Below are positions 13,772 to 25,904 of a stretch of DNA of 64,000 nucleotides, piece after piece. Within the stretch, counting starts at the first letter, position 1. The number at the start of each line of letters is the position of its first letter. The notes beneath the pieces are model-generated. The model searched no databases and was not told the origin of the DNA. It worked only from the letters and a program-made list of their open reading frames with translations. The DNA is from Blastocystis sp. Blastoise (Eukaryota > Protista > Bigyra: Opalinata): positions 558,001-622,000 of the forward strand of contig JBBPEB010000014.1 in the NCBI GenBank assembly GCA_039096225.1, written 5' to 3'. Position numbers and translations under genes: made by a program.

Positions 13772-13842
13772 TGACCCTAGATCAGGAATTGAACCTGATA
13801 ACAATCTATTAATGATTGCTACTAACCATATTCAGTCTAAGG
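13772..13842 (-). ncRNA. tRNA-like cloverleaf 2 (non-canonical; expression unknown)
   Basis: Minus strand folds as CCTTAGA / CTGA-atatgg-TTAG / TAGCAATC-attaata-GATTGTTA / TCAGG-ttcaatt-CCTGA / TCTAGGG-tca; T-arm 16/17 identical to cloverleaf 1. Confidence 0.7.
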
Positions 13843-13915
13843 AATATTAATTATTTGAATATAACCATGTATATATGTTTAACAGACAAAAACCCAAAAT
13901 ATAATTATATAATTA

Positions 13916-13947
<32 letters not shown>

Positions 13948-14054
13948 AATACTCCATTATACCTATTAATAATAATTTATATAATAAAAACCTTATAATA
14001 AAAGATAACTATTAATATGTGATAAGTATAATGTATCAGAGATATAAAAAGAGA

Positions 14055-14085
<31 letters not shown>

Positions 14086-14497
14086 TTAAAGCCATATATA
14101 CATAGGAGACAAGCTAAGGATATGTTCTATAAATAGTTAGAGAATAAAGAAAATGAATAATAATATATAAATAAATTTGGTTAAAATATTAATAAAATAT
14201 TACATAATAAGTTATAAAAAACTAATAATAGTATAAATATGTATATACCAAAAAGGTTGTATCATCATTAATTATAGTAGTTTCTATTAGGAGCTTGGAT
14301 TCTAAAATATATATAATAGCATATAGATGAATGACATATTTATAGAAAGAAATATAGATATATATTATAAAAGAAGTAATAAGCAGAGTAGAAAGTTATG
14401 TATTTATATTTACAGTATAAAAAAAAAAAAATAACAAAAAGAAAAAAACATATATAAATATAATATAAGAACATAATACTTATAAGAATAAAAACAA

Positions 14498-14536
<39 letters not shown>

Positions 14537-15531
14537 TTACCTGGACAATATCTTAATTTCATTAGCAATATATATATAATAATAATAGAAAATAGTAAAT
14601 ACATATATATATATATATAAAGTTGGAAAACATATAGTAAATTATTAGATATATTTATATATAAGAGAAGTAGACTTAATATATATTACGAAAAATAAAT
14701 TGCTCACATCAATAATGTTATATATATATATATATATATATATACATAATAACTATATGTATATAATCTTTATTTCAAAATAAATACAAAACGATATATA
14801 AATAAACGACAATTAATATACATATATACCACAATACATATACTAACATAATTGAATAAAACATACATAAAGAAGCGCTATGACTATTACTATATGTACG
14901 TATAATAAATTATAAGGTATATGGTATTTAAAAAAGATAATAAATAATAAAGTTGTAGAAAGATAAATGATATAAAAGAGTTAAATAGAAGAATAATTGA
15001 TATAAAATATTAAATACACAAAATATTATCTTTTATATTAAATAAAAAATACATAATATATATATATATAGAATAAGATGATATATATAATAATATATAC
15101 ATATTCAGAATTAAAGAACTATATTTATATAAATTCATAAGAAACATAAAAGGATGACTTACATATAACTATTTAACTATACATAATATATTATAATATG
15201 TATACTTACAGAATACTATATATAAGTATATATATTTATATATATATACTTTGAATATTAATATCAATGATATCTATATATATATATGTATATAAATGGA
15301 TATAAAATAATTACATATATATATATATTAAATATAATAAACATGTAAAAATTAATGCATAAAATATATATATAATGAATACAAATTAATTCTATAATAT
15401 CATATATAAATATATATATTTGTTCACTAAAGCAACGTTTGAATATGAAATAAAACAACTATATATACATATGTAAGCAAATAGACATATTATGGTAATA
15501 ATATAATAAAAATAAATAATACATAATAATA

Positions 15532-15579
<48 letters not shown>

Positions 15580-16509
15580 CTTATAAAACTAAATAAAACT
15601 AAATAAATAAACACATATAATGTGATAGTTATTAAATATATTTATACATATAGAATGAATATATAATAAATATTAATAATAATAATAATAATAATAACAT
15701 GAATAAGAAATAAAAAGTATAAATAATCTAAATAATGATAATTAGTAAAACGTATCTATTTGTATAAACTACATACTTTATAGATTAAAAATGAAAGAAG
15801 AATGAAGTATATAACTCAAAATGGAATATAATATATAATATAATATATAATATAATATATATATATACTAAAAAATAATCTTGAATATAACAATAACTAT
15901 TCACTATATAAAAAATGACATATAGCTAATAATAGAAATATAATATATATATAATCATTGTTTAAAAATAAAATAAAAGATAATAAACAACATAATACTA
16001 ATAAGAGATAAAGAATAATAGAAAAGTAATATAACATATATATTTACATAAAAAGAATATGTATTATGTAGTAATATCGATTATAGAAAGCAAACCATTC
16101 AATGGTAGTAATAATTCTATATATATATATAAGTTTAAGAATAAAAAACAATAGATTATAAAAAGAAAAAGAAAATGTATAACATAATATTATATTATAT
16201 ACAAAATATTCTAGACAAATTATTAAAATATAAATTAATAAATAGGAATATATATTTATATATACATTATGTGATTGCTAATAAGATAATACTTAAATAT
16301 TATAATAAATAATGTAATCTATATACATATATTATTAATATAAATATATATATATATACATATATAAACAAGAATATATGTAGATATATATACTATATGT
16401 ATATAATGAGTTGATTATCCAAGTGATCATTAATACGTCTATATATGATAATATATAATAAATAATATTATATATATATAATGAATAAAAGGAATAAAAA
16501 TGATAAATA

Positions 16510-16545
<36 letters not shown>

Positions 16546-16589
16546 ATCAACTATTGATGATGATGTTTAAGTTCTAATAAATATATATA

Positions 16590-17460
16590 CTTTTAACTGA
16601 ATATATGTAAAATAATCTTGACATAATCATTGTTTTGTTTCTGTTATACCTATAGAAGATATGATAATTATTATATATATATATATACCTTCAATAATCC
16701 AATGATACTATGAATTTGAAAGATAATAAAACTTCAAACAACTGATCATTCACCATTTCTATATAATAATATGAGGTATGTTGATAATAATAAAAATATA
16801 TACTTGTAAGATCATGGGAGAAGTCATTAAAATAATAAAAAGACCTAGGTAACATTCTTCTCAGTAAATGCAATTCATTTAATTTTTTCTTTCAAATTCT
16901 TCACTATATAATAATTAAATATAGAAACAAAATATAAAACAATATACTACTAGAGCATACTAAAACCAAAATTGCCAATCAAGAAATTATGACAAATATA
17001 GTTTCTTCCAATATTGAACAGCCAACGTCATCATGCTCTCTAAATCATGTTTCCAAACCTATATATATAATACTAATTCAAATAAACATATACCTGAAAG
17101 AATGAATCACCAATTGGCTTATTATTTGGATTTATTTCATTCCTAATCTATAATAATCTACCTAATAAAATATAATATAAATATAAATAATAAAATAACC
17201 TTCTAAATAATTAAATAATCCATATACTAATATTTAAAAAATATACTCTTTCAGCAGTTCATTTAAGCTGATGCTGAATAAGACTTTCACGGATTGAAGT
17301 AATTCTGAAAAACTTTAAGAATAGGGACCATATCAAAGAAGACTTTTTATCCCATACTTTGAATCTCTAGAAATTATTTTTAAAACTTGTTCACTGAATC
17401 ACAAAACAGTTTTTATCAAAGAGGTTGCTTCCGCTATTTAGGCTGTTTTAACCCTGTTTC
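16590..17460 (-). pseudogene. Decayed multi-exon gene relic inside the 17.4-kb insertion
   Basis: Series of host-style minus-strand introns (~16650-16688, 16759-16803, 16904-16947, 17059-17093) separating GC-richer blocks. One exon is open (IRNEINPNNKPIGDSFFQ); its neighbours contain stops. Confidence 0.5.
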
Positions 17461-18139
17461 CATCCTCAGAATGATTATTTCTTGAGATTCAAATACTGCT
17501 TTATTTCATATATTGTCATTATAAACATATAAAATGAATCTACGTATGTTTTCTAGTCATAAATATATATATTATATAGTTTACTCTCTTCAAATATTTT
17601 GTTTTATATAGTAATCAGTTGATCAATTGGTTGCGTATTGTTTAGATATTCAGAAAAAGCTATATCTAGTTTCAAATCAACTCTAAAGGTCTTGGTGAAC
17701 AATACTGATGAATCTAAGGTATATAATTATTTTACATTTTCTCATTTTGTTTATTCTTTGCTATATTTATTTCATGTCTATGCTATTAGTATGTTTTTAT
17801 CATTCACATAACATATTTATTTTGTTTTCATTAGTATTATTATTTTTATAATTGAATTAGCTCCTACTTTTCTATCTAGTTGTTTCTTTAATATATATAT
17901 ACTTTTATCTATTTAATTTATTCTACGTATTTATTTCTTTAGTAAAACCAATCAAACTGAAGCACAACCTGGGAATCAGATTGCAATGATTCAAGTCTTT
18001 ATTAAGGTATATATGTATTTAATAATATATTTAGTTTGTTTTAACTGACTATTAATAATATATATGTTATTTTTTGTCTTTATAATATTATTATTATTCT
18101 ATTTTTATAATATTATATATTCTTTAGATTTATTGGTAT

Positions 18140-20830
18140 TAATTCTTCATTCTTCATTCTTAATTCTTCATTCTTCATTCTTCATTCTTCATTCTTCATT
18201 CTTAATTCTTAATCTTAATTCTTCATTCTTTATTGTTAATTCTTCATTCTTAATTCTACTGTACATCTTACTCTAATTTTTCTTTTTTTACGTATAGATA
18301 TAAACTTTTCTTTTCTTTACTATTACGTCTTCACAAATTCTACTATTACTTCTTCGTCCTTCTCATTATACTTCTTATCCCTATCCTTTTCATTATTCTT
18401 CATTCTTCTTATCCTTTCATGATTCTTCTTTTTCTTCTTACTTTACTTCTTCTTATGCTTCTTTCACCTTTACATCTTATTTTACTTTTCATTATTCTTC
18501 TTCTCTACTATACTTCCTTTCCACTTCTCCTTCTCATTATAGATTTACTTCTTGTTCTCATTATTATTGTTTTTTCTTCTTTTATTATCCTTCTACATCT
18601 TCTTATTCTTATTTTTTCTTTTCTTCTTCTTCTTTTCTTTTTTCCCTCGTTATCATTTCCATTCCATTTTGTTCCTTTTTTTCCTTATTCTCCTTGCAAT
18701 TCTTCTCCTTTAGCTTCTTCCTTTTTTCCTTCTTTCCTTCATTCTTCTATTTCTACTTGTACTTCTACTCATATTTCTTCTACTACTACTTACTCTTTTA
18801 TTTTTTCTTCTATTTCTACAGCTACACTACTACTAATAATACTTCTTATTATTCTACTTATATTTCTGCTTATATATCTACTTGTAGTTCTGCTTTTACT
18901 CCAACTCCTACTCGTGCTTTTGCTTCTACTACTTTATTCTTCTCATTCTTCTTATACTTATACTTCTCCTTGCTATTATCTTTCTCTTTCTCTTTCATCT
19001 TCTTCTTTTTTTCTATATTCAATTTCTCATTCTTCTTCTTCTTTTTCACTTTTTCTTATTCTTCTTCTCATTCTTCTTCTCATTTTTCTTCTTCTAATGA
19101 TTCTCATTTTCTTATTCCTAATACTTATATTTATACTTCTGTTTCTACTACTATACTTTTATTTATTTATTTCTCTCCTTCTACGTCTACTTTTTTGTCT
19201 TCATCTCTATCTCCTTTTCTATATTCTCCTTCTATTTATACTTTTACTTTTCTTTATCCTTCCTCTTGTCCTTCTTCTCTTTCTTATCCTTCTTGTTCTT
19301 CTTGTTCTTCTTGTTCTTGCTCTTCTTCTTCTTGGCATTCCTTCCTCTTCTTCTTGTCCTTCTTCTTCTTCTTCTTCTTCTTCTTGTCTTTCTTCTTGTC
19401 CTTCTTCTTATCCTTCTTCTTATCCTTCTTCTTATCCTTCTTCTTGTCCTTCTCCTTCGTCTGTTTCTTTTCTTTCTCTTTCTTCTCTTTCTTCTCTTTA
19501 TTCTCTTTCTTCTCCTTATCCTCTTTGTCCTTCTTATCCTTCTTCTTATAATTTTTCTTCTTCTCCTCTTTTTTTCCTTCTTGTCCTTCTCTTTCTCTTT
19601 CCTCTTTTACCCCTACTTTTCTTTTTCCTTCTTATCCTTCTTCCTATAATTGTTCTTCTTCTCCTCCTCCTCTTTGTCCTTCTTATCCTTCTTATCCTTC
19701 TTATCCTTCTTATCCTTCTTATCTTTCCTATTATCCTTCTTATTTATACTTTGCTCCTCTCCTTCTCCATCTTTTTATTCTCTTCTTGCTACACATTTTA
19801 TTCTCATGTTTCTTCTTGCTCCATATATTCTTCTCTGTCTTCTTCTTCTTCTTCTTCTTCTTCTTCTTCTTCTCATTCTTCTTATCATTTTCTTTCTTTT
19901 TCTGCTTCTTCTTCGCTTTATAATTTCACTTTTCCTTATTCTTCTCTTTCTTTTTCCTTCATTTTTTCTCGTTCTTCTCTTTCCTCTCCTCATTCTCTTT
20001 GTCATTCTTATCTTCTTATCCTTCTCCTTCTTCTTCTCTTTCTTCTCTTTCTCTTTCCTATTCTCCTTCTTATTCATATGTTGCTCCTCTCCTTCTATTC
20101 TCTTTTGAGTCTCTTCTTTTTCCACTTTTATTCTCATATTTCTTCTTCTATACCCACATATTATCCCTTCTCCGTCTTCTTTTTCTTATATTATCCTTAT
20201 CCTTGTACTTCTACTTCTAATCATTCTCATTCTACTTATCCCTACCTTCTACTGATGTTTTTCTTTTTATGCTTATTCTTGGTTTATTCTTATTTTCTTC
20301 TCTTTCTTCTTTTTCTTATTCTTCTCGTCCTTATCTTTCTCTTTCTTGTTCTTATCCTTCTATTTCTCCTTCTCCTTGTTCTTCTTCTTCTCCTTGTTCT
20401 TCTCCTGTCTTTCTTCTTCTTGTCCTTGTCCTTGTCCTTGTCCTTATCCTTTTTATTCTTATTCTTGCCATTTTCATTGTCCTTGTCCTTCTTCTTGTCC
20501 TTTTCCTTCTTCTTGTCTTTCTTTTTGTCCTTGTCCTTGTCATTCTTCTTCTTCTTGTCCTTGTCCTTGTCCTTGTCCTTCTCCCTCATCTTATTCTTAT
20601 TCTTCTTGTCCTTCTTGTCCTTCTTGTCCTTCTCCTTCTCCCTCATCTTATTCTTGTCCTTGTCCTTGTCCTTGTCCTTGTTCTTCTATATCTCCTTGTC
20701 CTTCTACTTCTACTTTTTCTCTTTCTCATTTTACTTCTGCTGCTACTTTTTTATCAACTTCTATTATCATTCTTCATCTACGTATATTACTACCACTTCT
20801 TATTATAAATTTCCTATTCCTATTATTCTA
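18140..20830 (-). repeat. TTC/CTT-rich low-complexity tract (GAA-rich on the minus strand) with (CTTGTC)n sub-repeats
   Basis: Minus strand reads as interrupted K/D/E/R-rich peptides (DKDKDK); plus-strand L/F/S ORFs are stop-free by composition. Confidence 0.85.
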
Positions 20831-22352
20831 AGAATCGTTTTTTTCATTCAATTGAAGTTAAATTCTCATTTTTTAAAACGCTATACACAATATTTGATAT
20901 ATTGAATTATATATATATTGATATATAAAACAATAAATAGAATTGTGTATATATGTTACTTTTATTAGTATGAAGAATAACATATATAGAAAAACATATA
21001 TTATATATATATTGAACATATATATATACTTAATCGGATATATTAGAATTCTATAATATAGATATAAATAAGCATATGTATAGAATGCTATATATATATA
21101 TATATATATATATAGAATTGTATATGTATGTAGAATAGATATACATATGTATTGAATAGTATACATGTATACATATATATATAAATTTATATATATTAAA
21201 TATTGTGTAGAAAATAGAAATTCTAATATATTAATATATTTATGTAGAATCATGTAATATATATATATATTCTTGATTAAAAATATTAATAGTTCATATG
21301 ATATGTCTAATTTGTTTTCTTTTATTCTTTCTTTTAGCACTATATATTGTTTAGTATTATCTTTTAAATCATTTAATTTATTTTTAACACTTTTTTAATA
21401 ACTTATAATCTATTTTTTGCTTTTTGTTTCATTTGATATATAATATATACAAACGATTGCATTTCTATAAATATGTTATTATAAGAGTATAATTTATTAT
21501 TTAAGTTTGCTCAGAAGAGTCGTGACAACAATATCTTTTGACTACCCATCCAGAAACATCATCACCTTGGGAATGGAACATAAACGTGTAATTTGAAATG
21601 TAACATCTGTAAACAAGTCTTCTTTTTTATGTTTTTTTGTTTTTTTATTCGATACCCTAGCTTTTACATTTATAGTAAAACTACATTCTCTAGTTGAAAC
21701 TTTTTACATACATAATTTTGACTCCATATGTTTTTACAGTCTCAAATTTTGTTATTTATTCACTATCTTTAAACTTATGATAGTTCACCTTAATCAAACA
21801 AAAACATATTTCCACTTCTTGTTGTGGCTGAACTGAATCAGTTACCAAATTATAAAACAAAAATAATTAACATGAATTTAATATTGATTTACAGATATCT
21901 TTGTTGTTAAATATGCAGTAATTAAAGCTTTAATCGTCTAAATATGTCAAAATTAAAATAAAGTATATTTTTGAGATTCTGGACAACAAATTTCATTTTT
22001 ATAGTGATTAATAAATGAAAAATCATGAAAAATTACATTGTAGTTTTTAAAAGCTTTATTCGAGAGCAATACAATATATTATTACACTATAAATAACCCT
22101 AATCAGTCGATATAAGTGTCTGAAGTATTTATACTATCCTTAATCCAAAAATTTGAGATAATTATATTTAATTTGTAAATAAAAATGCTTATCTTAAATT
22201 AAATAACTACTTTTCTAAATTATTATAATAATCTATTAAAATATTTCTTATGTTTTAATTACTACAAAATTTTTATGTAAGCTTTAATAAAGAAAATATA
22301 AATATATTCTTGAGTATATTTTTTCTAATAATGACAAAAGAAATAAAAAGAA

Positions 22353-22389
22353 CAAGCGTTTCACGACTGGCTACGCCAGCCTACGCTTG
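22353..22389. other. Isolated GC-rich nested hairpin
   Basis: Outer stem CAAGCGT/ACGCTTG encloses CTGGC-TAC-GCCAG, in a very AT-rich context. Confidence 0.6.
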
Positions 22390-22499
22390 AATCTAAATAA
22401 AAAAAAAAATAGTTTGTAAAAAAATGTCTTTTCATTATTTTAAATTATTAATTCAAATTTAATAATATCATTAATGACTATTTCATTAAATAAAACTAA

Positions 22500-23300
22500 A
22501 AATTAAAATATAAAACAAAAATTAAACTACATTCAAAAATAAATATATTTAAATACTTTGGAAACTTTTATTATTGTACATAATATATAGTTTATAAAAC
22601 AAATAAGTTATTTTTAAAAAACTCTAAAAGACTTTAACGTTTTTAAATCACATATCCACTTTTATTTTAACTAATTTAAATATTCATATACACATATATT
22701 TAATTTGCTATTTTAATTTGTAAAGAATAACTTGAATCTCTTTTATTTAAAGTCACAATTACAAAAAAATGAGTTCTTTTGAAAGATAAAAAACATTCTT
22801 TAAACAATAATATTCTTTTATTTAGTGGAGAATAAACGTATTATACGGTTTTAGAAACAATTAAAATCTTTTTACCCATTTTAACATTCATATCAAACAA
22901 TCAACCACATTTAATTAAACTAATTTTTAATATTTTATATTCTATAATAAGTCTATTTATTATTTTAATAAAAAGTGACCTGAATCTCTTGACTTAACTA
23001 TTGTAATTCTAAAGAATCAATTTTTTTGAACAACTTAAAATGTTTATTTATTGTAGATTTTAATATAAAACACTTAAAAAACACTCTATACATACTTATT
23101 ACAACCATTTTCAAAAAATAGACTCATTTTAACATTTTGGTCAAACACATAACCACCTTTATTTCAAACAATTCTTTTATTATTATAAACATTACACACT
23201 CTAATACTCATTTTTATAAAAAGTGACTTGAATCTCTTCACTTAAGACAGTCAAACAGACAATTCAAAACTATTTTACCCTTTAACTTCATTATAAAGTG
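22500..23300. repeat. Diverged tandem repeat, 248-bp period, about 3 copies
   Basis: TGAATCTCTT anchors at 22733, 22981 and 23229; CATTTTAACATT...CAAACA...AACCAC blocks at ~22877 and ~23125. Confidence 0.75.
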
Positions 23301-23499
23301 ATAATATTTACAGAATTGCCCTAATATATGATTTAGGCCACATTTAACTACTTTTTACAAAATTATGAGTCAACATGTGCATATATTTACACACTCGTCA
23401 TACTTATTTTTGACTATTTTTTTGAGAAATGCAATACATATAAGGTCTAGTTATCAAATATGTAAAAATTAATTGTCAAATATGAATTTGATTTGTCAA

Positions 23500-25000
23500 C
23501 TTTCAGAAAATTTTTAGAAAAACGATTTTTCAATTTTCAGTTTTTTAACATGTTATACTATTGACTCTACTGAACTCATTTTTTTATTAATTTTAAATAT
23601 TAAAAATAATATTATTAATATGTGTTATTCTCTATATTTATTTGTTAAAATTATAATAAATAATAAAATATTGACTGAGAAATTAAAACGATAAGCTATA
23701 CCCTTTTTTCAAAAAAAATAATTTTTATGTTTTGCATATATAATTTTTTATCTCAAAAGTTATTTTATATTTTGATAATATTTTTATAAATTTATAAACT
23801 ATAGTTTGTCTAGTTTATAAATAAGTTTTATTTATTTTTTAAAAATTAATATTGATGGAGGAATTGTCAAAATAAACTATAGTATCAAAAATGTTTTCTT
23901 TTTTTAAACGATTTATTTCACTAATTAAAGACAATTAAAAACATATTTATTTATTTAAAGCATATTTATGACATTTACAACTCATAATGACTCATAACTG
24001 ACTTTTTAAAACAAACATTGTCTGTATCAGTTCAACATGTTGTCCTAACTTTTTCAAATAAGTCACATTCAATGTCCATAAATGATTTTAAACACAAATT
24101 AAAACGTTTTAAGAGTTTATTGAGTTAACATTGTCTGGTGATCTGTTGTCACAGTCTTTTAAAAACCATAAAAAATTATAAAATATGTTTATTTTGGTAT
24201 GTTGTTATTAAATATGAAGTCAAATATCAAATATATTTATAAATGATGAAATTATTGACAACAAACAAATGAAAAATTTTTGAGATAAATTTCAAAAGTC
24301 ATTTTTTTATTGAGTTCAACTCTTGTCTCCTGTGACTTCATTTTTTAATATTTTAAAAAAGTGACAAAAACGGATGACATTTAAGTTTTGTAATATCTAA
24401 ATAAGCTTTAACTTTTTTATTTTATAAAATATTGACTGAGATCTAGTGATCACAAAATATACCCTTTTTAGAAATTTTTCATTTTTATGTTTTTGATATA
24501 AATTAATATATCTCAGTCAATATTAAATATTAAACAAAAATATAAAAAATGGATGACATTTAAGTTGTCCAGTTTACAAATATGTTTTTACTTTTATTAT
24601 ATGTTGAATATTGACAGAGATCTTGTGATCACAAAATTGGGTGTCAAAGATGAAAAATTTTTAAAGCAAATATTTCTCTTTTAATAGATATTACAAAAAT
24701 ATAAAACATGTTTATGACGGATATAGAGTTAGATAAATACATTAAAGCTCAAATAAGTTTATAAAGAAGGAATGTGTTGGATATCAGTTTGTCTTTTGTC
24801 GTTATTTAAAGGAATTATTGTTGTTTCAGAGTAGTTGAGGTCATTGTCATGACAATCGAAACCATTTTAGAGTTTATGGTTAGTGATGTGTGTATTGATA
24901 TGTTGTCAAGTTGTAAATATAAACAAATCTACCCGTCAAAACTATTTATAAGACCAACCCGTCAATAAAAGTTAATTTTATAAAAATAAATATAGAGTAT
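23500..25000. repeat. Diverged ~760-bp duplication with ~180-bp sub-repeats
   Basis: AAAATATTGACTGAGA at 23665/24426; TATACCCTTTTT at 23697/24458; GGATGACATTTAAGTT at 24372/24551. Confidence 0.7.
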
Positions 25001-25381
25001 GTGAAGTGATATAGGAAAAAATATAAAACAATAAAAAATGAAAAACGAAAAATAAGTGTTTTTATAAAAATGAAGAATATTGGATAAAATAAAAATAATC
25101 CAATAATTTTGGTTAAAATTTTGTGCGAAAATGGTTTTTTGCGTTTTTTAGCCAGAAATTTAGAGTTTTTGAAAAATTTCTTTAACAGTCATTTTCAGAA
25201 TTGTGTTCCGGTTTTTATGATGTTATTTTTATTTTATAAAAGTTAATAACAAAGTCAATAATAGTTAAAGTGTGTGAGACACCGTACTTTTGGGCTGCTA
25301 AATTAAGGATATTAATTTTAATTGGTTTATAAGAATTTGTGTTTTCAAACCACCAATCGTTTAGAGTCTAAAATAAACAGT

Positions 25382-25515
25382 TGGGTATTTCTACCAATTT
25401 TGTAAAAATTTTGGGTATTTTAACAAAAATTTTGAAAGATTTTGGGTATTTCTAACAATTCGATTTTTTTTTGGGTAGGTTAAAATAATTATGGTTTTTT
25501 TGGGTATTTCTAACA
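25382..25515 (-). repeat. Right subterminal array: 5 copies of TGGGTATTTCTAACA-like motif, ~30-bp period
   Basis: TGGGTA cores at 25382, 25412, 25443, 25472 and 25501; inverse of the left array. Confidence 0.9.
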
Positions 25516-25522
25516 ATGCCTC

Positions 25523-25554
25523 TTATCATTTTCGGATATATTTTCTATATTCAT
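25523..25554 (-). pseudogene. Detached 5' end (start codon) of the pogo-like transposase
   Basis: ATG at 25554-25552 gives MNIENISENDN, which joins in frame through one TSD copy to TTSIPLPDLD at 8107. Confidence 0.88.
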
Positions 25555-25750
25555 CGTATAATTAATTTATTTAAAAAAAAAACAATAATAAAATAATTAT
25601 GAATAAAATATGAAAACAATTAGATAAAGCCAGTTAGTATTCGTTTTAACTGAATACAAAAAGAATATTCTAGAAAGTTCTAGAATATATTTTCCGTTTT
25701 TTCCTTGTGAAAATTTTAAAAATTATACTATTTCTGTTCTTAAAAACCTT

Positions 25751-25904
25751 TTTTAAACAGAAAAAAAACTATTTTTATTGAAAAAATGTTATTTACATGT
25801 TTATCTTTATTAAATACAGTGAAAAAATATTTTTTCCCGTAAATATGGAAACAAAACAAAAACGGGTCACTTTGGTACAGGAGGTCACTCTGGTACAGGT
25901 ACTT
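25751..25904. repeat. Right TIR of the pogo-like element
   Basis: Reverse complement of 6444-6597. Confidence 0.95.

Larger units (their letters stand above)
8117..25522. mobile_element. 17,406-bp nested insertion with 9-bp TSD; Mutator (MULE)/Foldback-like, apparently non-autonomous
   Basis: TTATCATTT at 8108-8116 and 25523-25531; G...C termini; inverted TGTTAGAAATACCCA motifs placed symmetrically at both ends; removal restores the transposase ORF. The boundaries are firm; the superfamily is inferred from TSD length only. Confidence 0.88.
6444..25904 (-). mobile_element. pogo-like (IS630-Tc1-mariner) DNA transposon, 2,046 bp when empty, expanded to 19,461 bp by a nested insertion
   Basis: 154-bp terminal inverted repeats with 1 mismatch; flanking TA at 6442-6443 and 25905-25906; encloses a DD35D transposase. 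Confidence 0.95.

Noticed and set aside
9421-13842. Calling the cloverleaves canonical tRNA-Val(AAC) and tRNA-Leu(TAA)
   Set aside because: No acceptor-D connector, little or no variable region, and atypical stem lengths; kept as tRNA-like only.
17945-18010. Possible third cloverleaf (GATTCAAGTC T-loop-like) just before the TTC tract
   Set aside because: Stems could not be paired convincingly by eye; a covariance-model search would settle it.
18419-20905. 828-aa and overlapping L/F/S-rich plus-strand ORFs
   Set aside because: Shadow ORFs: the TTC-rich strand is depleted of stop codons in all frames, and there is no domain signal.
25382-25515. CRISPR-like repeat-spacer appearance
   Set aside because: Repeats are ~15 bp and degenerate, spacers are ~15 bp, no cas genes are present and the context is eukaryotic; better explained as transposon subterminal motifs.
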